The notes under the pieces were generated by a model, which worked only from the letters and a program-made list of their open reading frames with translations, was not told the origin of the DNA and ran no database searches. From the IMG/VR virus record IMGVR_UViG_2923318301_000002: a stretch of DNA of 42,689 nt; one strand, 5' to 3'. The position numbers and the translations under genes are program-made. This DNA is from a virus. Taxonomy: Duplodnaviria > Heunggongvirae > Uroviricota > Caudoviricetes. Numbering within the stretch: the first letter of the stretch is position 1; each line of letters starts with the position of its first letter. This document shows positions 20,595 to 29,219 of this stretch, piece by piece.

Positions 20595-22348
20595 AGAATT
20601 AACAGGTCCTCATCAGGATCAAGCGTGGACAGAAAGTCATTCACGCCCCCGCCATTTACCAGAAAGCGGCTCATGGCCGTAAAAAGCGCAACAGGGCCGT
20701 CGATTTTGGCTTCAGGCGTGGATTTATTCGGGAAGATGTTGTCGTTTTTGTCCGGTTTTACCGTAACGTTAGACATCATCCAGTTCATGACCGGATGATT
20801 GCTGTGATGGAAACGCCCGGCATAAACCAGTGATTCCGTTTCCTTCATGGCCTCTGACAGATTGCGGACCGTCTGCGGAACCTCCACCAGCGGTATCCCT
20901 TCTTCAGCCAGTGCCAGGCTGAACTGCATTGCGCTCCACGGGTCAAATCCCAGTTCCCTGAGGTTTTCACCGCCAATCCATTCCAGTAAGTCACTTTTTA
21001 TCTGAGCATGATCGATAACATCACCATCCGTCAGGATGAGCTTATCCATCTCCGCCCACTTCCGGTAAAGTTCTGCCTGCTGCCGCGAGCATCGCTCCAG
21101 CCGTCCTTCCGGAAGCCAGAATTTAAAATCAGCATGAACATGTCCGTTATCGGTTCGCCAGAGTTTTGCCGCCGCACAGATATCAATCTTATGAGCAAGG
21201 TCGACGCCGACCCACATGGGATATGTTTTCAGCTCATGTTGTGGAGCAATGTATTCGCACTTCTCCCACTTAATCATATCCATCCAGGCAGATTCGGCAG
21301 TGACCCACACATTCATGTGTTTGGTAAAAAAATTCACCCGCGCAGAGACCTGCTCCTTCGCTTTTTTCGCCAGACGACGCAGATCATCCCAGCGTTTACA
21401 GATGCCCAGGCCAGGATTCGCTTTCTGCCAGACCGTTTCATCAAACGGATCATCTCCCTCATCGAGCGTGTAAATGATCGCAAAGTAGGAGTCGTCTTTT
21501 ACCGCGCCCTCCACGTCGCTGTTATAGCCTCGCAATACCTTAATGGCGTAATCGCGCTGCTCGTAGCAAATCCCTTCCTTGTTAAAGCCAGCCGTGGTGA
21601 TGCCAAATAACAGAGACTGCAGACGGGCACCGGTTGCCGTTTCCAGAACGTCCCACACGTCACGGGTTTTATGAGCATGCAGCTCATCAATAATGGCGCA
21701 GTGGATGTTCAGACCGTCCAGGTTGTTTGCATCCGAGGAAAGCGGTTCAAATTTTGATGCGCTCTGCTCCTGGTAAATCGCCAGCTTGTTGAAATCAAAC
21801 AACCGCCCGAGTGTCGACCGGGCTTTTCTGACCATATTTTTGGCGTCTTCAAACACAATTCTGGCCTGGTCACGCGTGGTTGCGGCTGAATACACCTCAG
21901 CCCCGCCTTCACCATCTGCCCCCGTCATATACAGACCGATACCCGATGACAGGGTTGATTTTGCGTTTTTACGGGCAACTTCGTTGTATGCTGTCCGGAA
22001 CCGGCGCACCATCACCGGGCGTCCACTGCCATCGCTGCGCATGACAACTTCCCCGGTTTCTTCATTCACCAGCGGAATGACAAAACCAAAAATATTAATG
22101 AGGATAAACACATGCCAGTCCATCAACTCAATGGGCTGACCTGCCAGCGCCCCTTTCACATGGGGTACAAATTTGTAGAAATTAAGGATGTGCTGTGCAC
22201 GGGGTTCACTGAAATAAATCCCCCGCTCTTCGCCGTACTTCAGATCATCAAGAAAACGCTGGCAGGCCAGACGGACAAATTCGCCAGCAACAATTTCTCC
22301 TGCAACAACACGTTCGGCGTAGCGGATCCCGTCAGCCACTTTTGCCAT
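20591..22348 (-). CDS. Terminase large subunit
   Basis: 585-aa ORF; Walker-B-like CAIIDELHAH motif; position between TerS and portal. Confidence 0.9.
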   Translation of the reverse strand: MAKVADGIRYAERVVAGEIVAGEFVRLACQRFLDDLKYGEERGIYFSEPRAQHILNFYKFVPHVKGALAGQPIELMDWHVFILINIFGFVIPLVNEETGEVVMRSDGSGRPVMVRRFRTAYNEVARKNAKSTLSSGIGLYMTGADGEGGAEVYSAATTRDQARIVFEDAKNMVRKARSTLGRLFDFNKLAIYQEQSASKFEPLSSDANNLDGLNIHCAIIDELHAHKTRDVWDVLETATGARLQSLLFGITTAGFNKEGICYEQRDYAIKVLRGYNSDVEGAVKDDSYFAIIYTLDEGDDPFDETVWQKANPGLGICKRWDDLRRLAKKAKEQVSARVNFFTKHMNVWVTAESAWMDMIKWEKCEYIAPQHELKTYPMWVGVDLAHKIDICAAAKLWRTDNGHVHADFKFWLPEGRLERCSRQQAELYRKWAEMDKLILTDGDVIDHAQIKSDLLEWIGGENLRELGFDPWSAMQFSLALAEEGIPLVEVPQTVRNLSEAMKETESLVYAGRFHHSNHPVMNWMMSNVTVKPDKNDNIFPNKSTPEAKIDGPVALFTAMSRFLVNGGGVNDFLSTLDPDEDLLIL

Positions 22349-22830
22349 CAGTCTCTCGCTTTTAAAAGCTCTGCCAGCGGATCAACATCATCCGGTCCGG
22401 CGGTATTTACTTTCGCCCGGCTTGCCGGTGACATACCAAACTCTGCAAGCATCGCCCGAATCCGCTTCCAGGCATCAGCCTTCATCGCAGCAGCCGGGTG
22501 TGCCTTGATCAGCACATCGCCATTCTGCGTTTCCGTGCGGTAGGTATAACCCTCAACATCGAGTATTTCGCAGTGATGCCGGTATTCGGTGTAGGCTTCC
22601 ACCAGTAACTCGAGCGCACGTGCATCGAGCTGAGAAATGATCCCTTCCGCATTCAGCTCTTCCGCCATTCGCCTGAACCAGTACTTCCCCTGCGCCCCTA
22701 AATGTTGCGGAATTTTAGGGAGACCTTTTTCATCCTTTTTAGCGGTTTTTTTGGAGTCTTTAACTGGCCGCTTTGAGGGGTTACCTCGTATCAAATGCAG
22801 GCGTGGCGGGGTTTTCGGGGGTCCAGACAT
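22348..22830 (-). CDS. Terminase small subunit (P27-like)
   Basis: 160-aa basic N-terminal ORF immediately upstream of TerL (ATGA overlap). Confidence 0.8.
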   Translation of the reverse strand: MSGPPKTPPRLHLIRGNPSKRPVKDSKKTAKKDEKGLPKIPQHLGAQGKYWFRRMAEELNAEGIISQLDARALELLVEAYTEYRHHCEILDVEGYTYRTETQNGDVLIKAHPAAAMKADAWKRIRAMLAEFGMSPASRAKVNTAGPDDVDPLAELLKARD

Positions 22831-22976
22831 AATCGATTTTACCTATCAATCATTTAATCACATTCCAAAAAAAAGTTTTCGAACCTGCGGCGATGCGAGG
22901 AAAGGTCAGGCGGCGGTACTGAGCAGCCAGGGTTGCAGAGATTTGACCTGCCCTCCCCTACAGATGGGAACTGTTA

Positions 22977-23327
22977 TCAATTGAGGCGTTCGCGCGCTGT
23001 TTTTGCTTTATGACAGGGCCAGCACAGACTCTGCAGGTTACTGTCTGCATCCGTGCCACCATGAGCTTTCGGAATGATGTGGTCCACAGTTCTGGCTTCA
23101 ACGGCTCTCCCATTGCGCAGGCAGTTCTGACACAGATGATTATCACGCTTCAGTATGCGCGCACGTATGGCATCCCATTTCGAGCCATAGCCACGCTGGT
23201 GGCGGCTCAGTCCGCGTTGATGCTGTACCCATCCTTCGCCACGATGTTTATCGCAGTAACCAGAACTGTCTGTGGTTGTACCTGCACATCCACGCTTACG
23301 GCAGGCGCGTGGGATTCGTGGGGGCAT
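22977..23327 (-). CDS. HNH endonuclease
   Basis: Cys-rich ORF with H-N-H signature (…TVDHIIPKAHGGTDADSNLQSLCWPCHKAKT…); start chosen at ATG 23327 with GGAG RBS (track start 23426). Confidence 0.8.
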   Translation of the reverse strand: MPPRIPRACRKRGCAGTTTDSSGYCDKHRGEGWVQHQRGLSRHQRGYGSKWDAIRARILKRDNHLCQNCLRNGRAVEARTVDHIIPKAHGGTDADSNLQSLCWPCHKAKTARERLN

Positions 23328-23549
23328 ATGTACTCCAATGAAGAAGCCACCGACATAGCCTCCTCCATTCATAGTGAAACTATTTTCATCTACCCAGTAA
23401 TGAATTCTTTGTAGAGTTGTGATCAATACAACTCACTAATGGAGAGGCTTGTCCAACACGTTGGACAAGTTTCCTGTTTGATTTACTGGACACTATAGAA
23501 GGACAGAATGCCTTCATCACTCGAATAACATCAATTAAGGAGGTTCAAC

Positions 23550-23672
23550 ATGTTTCATTCCACAAATCATCAGGCTGTAATTATGGCTGCATCAGCTTGT
23601 GCCACAGACCTTTTCCGCTTCACTTTGAGCCTGATTCATTTCTACCTGACCGGCTCGCCTCTATCTTTTTAA
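23550..23672 (+). CDS. Hypothetical 40-aa protein upstream of bor
   Basis: Near-consensus RBS AAGGAGG 6 nt upstream of ATG; not in the supplied track (<60 aa). Confidence 0.25.
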   Translation: MFHSTNHQAVIMAASACATDLFRFTLSLIHFYLTGSPLSF

Positions 23673-23852
23673 TCCCCGCTTTATCCAAATTGCATTGCCA
23701 GAATGCCGACAACAGACTGACATTCAAATCCTGACTACCTCCAATAGGCTGAGCATCCACCTATATAGTTTTAATTTTCATCAATCCATTTAACTATCGT
23801 TTAATTGTTGTCACATAGGATTCTGCCGTTTTTAACAATGCAGGATAATAAG

Positions 23853-24146
23853 ATGAAAAAAATGTTGTTTTCTGCCGCGCTGGCAATGCTTATTACAGGA
23901 TGTGCTCAACAGACGTTTACTGTTGGAAACAAACCGACAGCAGTAACACCAAAGGAAACCATCACCCATCATTTCTTCGTTTCGGGAATTGGACAGGAGA
24001 AAACTGTTGATGCAGCCAAAATTTGTGGCGGCGCAGAAAATGTTGTTAAAACAGAAACCCAGCAAACATTCGTAAATGGATTTCTCGGTTTTATTACTTT
24101 AGGCATTTATACTCCACTGGAAGCGCGTGTGTATTGCTCACAATAA
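23853..24146 (+). CDS. bor: Bor lipoprotein (serum resistance)
   Basis: MKKMLFSAALAMLITGC lipobox; near-identical to remembered lambda Bor; start at internal ATG 23853 with AGGA RBS. Confidence 0.9.
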   Translation: MKKMLFSAALAMLITGCAQQTFTVGNKPTAVTPKETITHHFFVSGIGQEKTVDAAKICGGAENVVKTETQQTFVNGFLGFITLGIYTPLEARVYCSQ

Positions 24147-24177
24147 TTGCATGAGTTGCCCATCGATATGGGCAGCT

Positions 24178-24639
24178 CTATCTGCACTGCTCATTAATAT
24201 ACTTCTGGGTTCCTTCCAGTTGTTTTTGCATTGTGATCAGCCTCTCTCTGAGGGTGAAATAATCCCGTTCAGCGGTGTCTGCCAGTCGGGGGCTGGTTGC
24301 ATTATCCACGCCGGAGGCGGTGGTGGCTTCACGCACTGACTGACAGACTGCTTTGATGTGCAACCGACGACGACCAGCGGCAACATCAGCGCGCAGAGTT
24401 TCATTTTCAGCTTTCGCATTGGCTAATTCTCTCGAGTACTTTGCATCGAGTGCAGCAACATCACGCTGACGCTGCTGCATGTCAGCGATAGTGGCGATCG
24501 CCTGCTTCAGCTCACTGACTTTTTTATCACGCTGTTCTTTGTAGGCGATGGCGTTATCACGGTAATGATTGACCGCCCACGACAGGCAGACGATGATGCA
24601 GATAACCAAAGCATAAATAATCGCGGCGACTCTGCTCAC
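24178..24639 (-). CDS. Rz: Spanin inner-membrane subunit Rz
   Basis: Matches lambda Rz (…[20 protein letters not shown]…[18 protein letters not shown]); GTG start overlapping R stop (GTGA). Confidence 0.9.
   Translation of the reverse strand: MSRVAAIIYALVICIIVCLSWAVNHYRDNAIAYKEQRDKKVSELKQAIATIADMQQRQRDVAALDAKYSRELANAKAENETLRADVAAGRRRLHIKAVCQSVREATTASGVDNATSPRLADTAERDYFTLRERLITMQKQLEGTQKYINEQCR
24237..24419 (-). CDS. Rz1: Spanin outer-membrane lipoprotein Rz1 (embedded in Rz, +1 frame)
   Basis: 60-aa ORF with lipobox LVVVGC and PPPPP tract, matches lambda Rz1. Confidence 0.85.
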   Translation of the reverse strand: MRKLKMKLCALMLPLVVVGCTSKQSVSQCVKPPPPPAWIMQPAPDWQTPLNGIISPSERG

Positions 24640-25169
24640 TGCTCTATCCCCCAACAGGCTAATGCGCTTTCCTGGTCACGACGAATAACCTGTCCATAGC
24701 AGTTATTTGAACGTATGCGGCAATCGCGCCCACCATCTTTTATCCACCAGCGAATCGCCTCGCATGCGCCCTTACGATCACCGGCATTCAGCCGCTTATA
24801 AAACGTCGACGGGAAACACTTACCGGGGCCAATGTTATAGGGACAGAATGACGCTATACCCGCTTTTTGTGGTTCGGTCAGTAGTACTTTAATATTGCGC
24901 TCCACCCATGCCAGCGCCTTATCACGCTCAATGGCGTTGACCTGGTCGCATTTTTCCTTCGACAGTTTCATACCGGGAAAAACGGGTTTTCCATCCACCA
25001 TCGTGGCACCCCGACAGATGGTCCAGATGCCGGACCCATCGCGGTATGCCGTTGTGTGGTTACCTTCTTTTTCATCCAGAAACTGGTCGAGAATATCAGG
25101 CGCGGGCGCACCGACGGCAATCAGTGCCAGAACGGCAGCCGACAGGCCGTATCTGATTTTTGCGTTCAT
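24636..25169 (-). CDS. SAR endolysin (T4-lysozyme-like, Qin RrrQ/P21 R type)
   Basis: N-terminal Ala/Gly-rich weakly hydrophobic segment ([18 protein letters not shown]) then E-x8-D-x5-T catalytic triad ([16 protein letters not shown]). Confidence 0.9.
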   Translation of the reverse strand: MNAKIRYGLSAAVLALIAVGAPAPDILDQFLDEKEGNHTTAYRDGSGIWTICRGATMVDGKPVFPGMKLSKEKCDQVNAIERDKALAWVERNIKVLLTEPQKAGIASFCPYNIGPGKCFPSTFYKRLNAGDRKGACEAIRWWIKDGGRDCRIRSNNCYGQVIRRDQESALACWGIEQ

Positions 25170-25232
25170 GGATATTTATCAGGATTTATCGGTTTCTGCC
25201 CACGGACAGGTTTATCTGTTCCGGTCAGTGAC

Positions 25233-25583
25233 TTAAGGTTGTGATTCCGGAGGAGTCTTCAGAGAACCAGTAATTCTTCCCGGTAGCTTTCCTTTGTAGG
25301 TTATCCATACATTCTGCGCCTCTAAAATTACGGGGCGCTTTTCCGGCGACTGCTCATCCCCTTCACATAACCCGGCAGCAACATCCAGGAAGACCTGTCT
25401 GATACTCATTCTGGCTGCTGCCTCATAAAACTCCAGCGCGGCACCTTCAACACGGTCCAGCGAGATGTCCAGGTCAAAAATTTCACCGTCAAAGCGTTTT
25501 TTGTCCCGTAACGCTAAAGTTACCGTAACTTTATTCTCAAAATTGCGGATCCCTTTCACAATCAGTTCATAGTTTTGAGTCAT
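25233..25583 (-). CDS. YdfR-like protein (DUF1327-type) inserted between holin and endolysin
   Basis: 116-aa ORF with GGGGAGAG RBS; resembles remembered Qin YdfR and sits in the same position between holin and endolysin. Confidence 0.5.
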   Translation of the reverse strand: MTQNYELIVKGIRNFENKVTVTLALRDKKRFDGEIFDLDISLDRVEGAALEFYEAAARMSIRQVFLDVAAGLCEGDEQSPEKRPVILEAQNVWITYKGKLPGRITGSLKTPPESQP

Positions 25584-25587
25584 TGAA

Positions 25588-25803
25588 TTACTCTCCCCGT
25601 GCCGCCTTACGACGGTCCTCTCTGATTTTGAAATACAGGTTAGTCAGATATGTCAGCAGCCCAAACAGCAGACTCCCCAGCACGCCTATTGCCGCCCACT
25701 GAGACGGGGAAACCCTGTCCAGCAACTGCAGGAACCAGTAGCCCGTTCCCACCGCTGACGTGGTGTATGACACACCTGTTGTGATTTTTTCCATCTGGTC
25801 CAT
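25588..25803 (-). CDS. Pinholin (S21-like class II holin, 71 aa)
   Basis: [10 protein letters not shown]… with two in-frame Met codons (possible dual start), two TM segments and charged C-terminus; matches remembered P21 S21. Confidence 0.85.
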   Translation of the reverse strand: MDQMEKITTGVSYTTSAVGTGYWFLQLLDRVSPSQWAAIGVLGSLLFGLLTYLTNLYFKIREDRRKAARGE

Positions 25804-26110
25804 ACCCCGTCTCCCGTTATCCGGAAGCTGACAACAATAAAAAAGCCACCAGTTAACTACTGATGGCTCTGATAACTCATGCAAGCGTCTCAGACGATCC
25901 ACTGACACTACCGGTGAGTTTAACGATACCTTCCATTTGACTGGCTCACTTTTTATGATGATGCCGGTGTATTTATCTCCAGCACCAGACTTTCTATCTC
26001 AACGCCATACGTTGCATTTTTGGTAATATCCGTCAGCGTCAGTGCATTTAGTCCCACTGCCAGACCGTCTTTTATGGTCTGGAATGCCGGGCCAGTACGA
26101 TGACGTAGTA

Positions 26111-26299
26111 TCACTCCGGCTCAGTTGCACCACTGACCACCACATCACCTTCTGCTGCAATCGCCTGCATCAGGGTATAAGGGGTTATGGCCACCGGACT
26201 ACCAAACGGCTGCCAGCCCTCTTTCAGTTTATGTGTCAGCTTTTCCGCAAGATCTGACGGCGGCGCCGCCCTGACAACATCATAGTGTTTAAATGCCAT
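26111..26299 (-). CDS. Hypothetical protein (possibly DUF1737-like) upstream of the lysis cassette
   Basis: 62-aa ORF MAFKHYDVVRAAPPSDLAEKL…EGWQPFGSP… with GGTGGA RBS; the longer track ORF begins inside the IS30 terminal repeat. Confidence 0.4.
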   Translation of the reverse strand: MAFKHYDVVRAAPPSDLAEKLTHKLKEGWQPFGSPVAITPYTLMQAIAAEGDVVVSGATEPE

Positions 26300-26330
26300 G
26301 GTTCTTTCCACCATCTGAAAAATAATTCCT

Positions 26331-27396
26331 TGAATTGTCAAACCAAGTGCAACGATTTTTTGAAGTAAACTTCATAAGGTGTTTTCCAACCTAAACATTT
26401 ACGTGGTCGTAAATTCAGTTTATTGATCACCTGTTGAATATCAACTTCGCTCCACTGATTGATGTCTTGGTGCTTCGGAAAGTATTCACGAAGTAACCCA
26501 TTTGTATTTTCATTCGTTCCCCGTGTCCACGGTTGATGCGGCTCGGGGAAGTAAAATTCTACACCCAGTGCTTCTGTTACCAAACGATGTTGGGCAAATT
26601 CTTTACCACGGTCTGGCGTAATTGACCGCAATATATGTGAATCCAGCAATTCAATCATGGCTTTTTGGACTGCTTCGGCTTTTTTGGCAGGAATTTTCTT
26701 CACCAACTCAAAACGACTTTTGCGTTCCGTCAGCGTCAGCAAACAAGCTCCACCCGCTTTACCCAGTACGGTATCGGCTTCCCAATGTCCAAAGCGACTG
26801 CGATTTTGCGCCGAAATGGGACGGTCGTTCAAATGGTTGGATATCTGAATTTTGCCACGTTTTTCATGATGATTTTTTGTATGCCGTGTTTTGCCTTTGT
26901 GGCGCAGTTTGCGACTGGCTTTGCGTTCGCCTATATCAAACAACCCTGAATAAATACCACGATAAATGGTTGAATAACTAATGGATAATTCAGATTTTTC
27001 CAATTTTAATCGTGCGCTGATTTGTTCGGGCGACCAGTTTTCTGTCAGAAACTTTTCTTGCACCAAATTGAAATATTCAGGCTGCTCTAATTTGCGCTGT
27101 GCTTTGCTATTTTGACGATGCTTCAAATAGCTGTTTTGTGCGTTCGTTGCACTGTAGCTTTCTAGAGCGTGTCGTTTCAGCTCGCGAGAAATGGTGCTGG
27201 AGCTACGTCCCAGTGCTTTGGCAATTTCTGCTTGTTTTTTGCCCTGTGCGAGTAAAATCATTATCTTTTCTCGCTCGTTTATTGTAAGATGTCGGTAGGA
27301 AGTACTCATCATTTGGAAATGGTTTTTGTGTGGAAACAAAATTATATTCTAGTTGATGAGTACTTCTTTTTTTGTTGCACTTGGATTGTAAATTCA
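26331..27396 (-). mobile_element. IS30-family insertion sequence (~1.07 kb)
   Basis: Single transposase ORF flanked by imperfect terminal inverted repeats (left …tgaattgtcaaaccaagtgcaac, right gttgcacttggattgtaaattca); ends uncertain by ±1-2 bp. Confidence 0.7.
26338..27312 (-). CDS. IS30-family transposase
   Basis: N-terminal HTH (…LTINEREKIMILLAQGKKQAEIAKALGRSSSTISRELKR…) and DDE region (…HWEADTV…RGTNENTNGLLR…); start at ATGATG 27312. Confidence 0.85.
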   Translation of the reverse strand: MMSTSYRHLTINEREKIMILLAQGKKQAEIAKALGRSSSTISRELKRHALESYSATNAQNSYLKHRQNSKAQRKLEQPEYFNLVQEKFLTENWSPEQISARLKLEKSELSISYSTIYRGIYSGLFDIGERKASRKLRHKGKTRHTKNHHEKRGKIQISNHLNDRPISAQNRSRFGHWEADTVLGKAGGACLLTLTERKSRFELVKKIPAKKAEAVQKAMIELLDSHILRSITPDRGKEFAQHRLVTEALGVEFYFPEPHQPWTRGTNENTNGLLREYFPKHQDINQWSEVDIQQVINKLNLRPRKCLGWKTPYEVYFKKSLHLV

Positions 27397-27631
27397 GCTC
27401 TTTAAAATACCAGACATGTAACACAGAAAAAACACAAAACCATACCTTAAATAGAAACCTGATCATCAAGCAGATATGCATGGATAAACTACAAGACGAG
27501 ATATAAACCACCCTGCATTTAAATAAACAATAAACAACATCAGAAAAATAATTCTGCTCTATGGTTTATATTCAAAAATATCATTTATACTTTTCAGAAC
27601 ATCACCAGCAAGGCATAAACAAGGAAGCTAA

Positions 27632-27967
27632 ATGAAGTGGATTGTAATTGATACAGTTATCCAGCCATCATGCGGAATATCTTTTTCAGTCATATGGAGT
27701 AAAGTAAAATTAATAATCTGGTATCAATCGGATGCTTTCTTACCTCCTGAAAGTATATTTACACTGACTCACACAGGTATCATGCTCAATAACAAAGTGC
27801 TACCTGTAACCATTTACAACGTAGTACCATTCAATAAAACATTCTGGAATTTAATCAAAAACAGCCAGGAATGCCCTACAAATACAGATAACGTATTGAA
27901 TGAATGCTTTAATAACCGTTGCATTCTGCAAATATGTCCTTATGGACTAAAACAACAAAGTCCATAA
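27632..27967 (+). CDS. Hypothetical protein, AT-rich accessory gene (111 aa, 6 Cys)
   Basis: AAGGAAG RBS 6 nt upstream of ATG; strongly AT-rich relative to the prophage backbone; convergent with late transcription. Confidence 0.45.
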   Translation: MKWIVIDTVIQPSCGISFSVIWSKVKLIIWYQSDAFLPPESIFTLTHTGIMLNNKVLPVTIYNVVPFNKTFWNLIKNSQECPTNTDNVLNECFNNRCILQICPYGLKQQSP

Positions 27968-28002
27968 GGAGTTTACTCACATCTGACAAAATCAATATAA
28001 AC

Positions 28003-28193
28003 AGCCCCTCCGGAGAGGGGCTGGAGAGTGGCGCTATGTGCCATTGCATGGTGCCGGGTGCCTCCCGGTGAATTCAGTACCAGCACCTGAATCCGCGATT
28101 ATCCCATATACCTACTCGCTGATTACCCCTCCGCACAGGGGGATTCACCATGCGAAATTTTTTAACAAACTTCCCGCCGGCCAGACAATAATC
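28003..28193 (-). repeat. Structured element copy A (candidate ncRNA; paralogue of copy B)
   Basis: Shares with copy B a terminal hairpin AGCCCCTCCGGAGAGGGGCT and conserved blocks (GCATGGTGCC.GG.GCCTCCCGGT.AATTCAG; GGGGGATTCACCATGCGA; TTTTTAACAAA…GCCAGACAAT.ATC); stem partners are conserved while loops differ. Confidence 0.5.
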
Positions 28194-28465
28194 GCCAGCC
28201 TGAATTATGAGCAACGTGGCATTTTACGGGAAAACTGTTTTCTGCAGTAAAAAGGCCCGCCGGAGCGAGCCTGGAAGGATAGCGGTCATGTGATGCCGGT
28301 TTCCCGGTAACTCAGCATCGGTATCTGAGTCAACGTTTTCTCTACTGGGTCATTTCCGATACGTTCCGCCTTCCGGCAGACTTTCATCACGTCAGAAAAT
28401 ATAGCACCCTGAGTAACAGGACAGTACTCAGAATTCAGGAAACTGTGACACATCCTGCACAGAAA

Positions 28466-28663
28466 AGCCCCTCCGGAGAGGGGCTGAAGTATAGCCTAAT
28501 TTCTGTCTGTCGCATGGTGCCAGGGGCCTCCCGGTAAATTCAGCCTGTCTACTGAATTTGCATGTTCTCTGGATCATACACTTTGCCAGATGCCCCGCCG
28601 CTGAGGGGGATTCACCATGCGATGTAATTTTTAACAAATTCTCCGGCAGCCAGACAATCATCA
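28466..28663 (-). repeat. Structured element copy B (candidate ncRNA; paralogue of copy A)
   Basis: As copy A; on the minus strand the terminal hairpin is followed by TTTTCTGTG. Confidence 0.5.
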
Positions 28664-28856
28664 AGCTGTGGAATTGTGAGGTATTTAAAAATTTCAACGG
28701 GTAACTGATACCCTGCTAATCGCCTGATGCTTTCTTTTTCAGCAACGGGAAAGCAACAACCACACACCCGCCACCAAAACACCATCAGACAGCACCGACA
28801 TTATCCGGCTGCTGAAGTCCACCATCACCACCAGAAACAACAGGAGTGCAACCACA

Positions 28857-28900
28857 GCTGCTTAGAAGGCAATTGCTCTGCCCGGCTGAGCTAACAACGC
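28857..28900 (-). other. tRNA-like 5' fragment (acceptor, D arm and anticodon arm with UCU-like anticodon); no T arm or 3' acceptor
   Basis: GCGTTGTTAGCTCAGCCGGGCAGAGCAATTGCCTTCTAAGCAGC folds as the 5' two-thirds of a tRNA; downstream sequence gives no T stem or ACAACGC-CCA. Confidence 0.3.
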
Positions 28901-29000
28901 TGAATACCGATAATGGACCGCCATCGGGGACCCGCCCCCGCACCAACAACCCTGTTATCGTGTCGTCTGCTCTTCCTGATAAGCTAATGGCGGTTTGTGA

Positions 29001-29076
29001 TGGTGGCCCTTGCTGGATTTGAACCAGCGACCTGGCGATTATGAGTCGCTCGCTCTCACCACTGAGCTAAAGGGCC
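29001..29076 (-). tRNA. tRNA with CAU anticodon (Met or Ile2/lysidine type; ileZ-like of lambdoid phages)
   Basis: 76-nt cloverleaf folded by hand: acceptor GGCCCTT/AAGGGCC, D arm GCTC…GAGC, anticodon loop CTCATAA, T arm GCTGG-TTCAAAT-CCAGC, 3' CCA encoded. Confidence 0.9.
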
Positions 29077-29113
29077 GGGAGTAGAATAATAACGGTCCGT
29101 AACTAATTCCGCA

Positions 29114-29137
29114 ATAAAAAACCCGCTCGGCGGCGGG
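29114..29137 (-). terminator. tR'-like intrinsic terminator downstream of the late promoter
   Basis: Hairpin cccgccgccgagcggg followed on the minus strand by TTTTTTAT, ~45-50 nt downstream of the predicted −10. Confidence 0.6.
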
Positions 29138-29186
29138 TTGTAGAAACTCTTCTAACGTCAGGCATAAAAAGCCCATTATTATGACG

Positions 29187-29214
29187 AATTTACCACAGAT
29201 TCCGGAAAAATCAA
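29187..29214 (-). promoter_or_regulatory. Late promoter pR'-like (−35 TTGATT, 16-nt spacer, −10 TAAATT) immediately downstream of the Q-like gene
   Basis: Sigma-70-like hexamers on the minus strand; −10 TAAATT is the same hexamer I recall for lambda pR'. Confidence 0.45.
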
Positions 29215-29219
29215 CCTTG

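Noticed and set aside
21008-21610. 200-aa plus-strand ORF
   Set aside because: Antisense to the terminase large subunit gene.
22831-22976. cos site between HNH and terS (ggcggcggtact resembles GC-rich cohesive ends)
   Set aside because: Resemblance is weak and I cannot verify cohesive-end sequences without virion DNA or database comparison.
22977-23426. Longer 149-aa form of the HNH ORF
   Set aside because: Internal ATG at 23327 has a good RBS and gives a typical HNH protein size; the extension has no RBS.
28038-28250. 70-aa plus-strand ORF over repeat copy A
   Set aside because: The equivalent frame in copy B hits a stop within a few codons, so the conserved sequence is not maintained as protein; no RBS.
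28428-28697. 89-aa minus-strand ORF over repeat copy B
   Set aside because: Not conserved as a reading frame in copy A; overlaps the conserved hairpin blocks.
28857-28900. Complete tRNA-Arg gene
   Set aside because: Only the 5' portion folds as a tRNA; no T arm or 3' acceptor strand found downstream, so kept only as a fragment.
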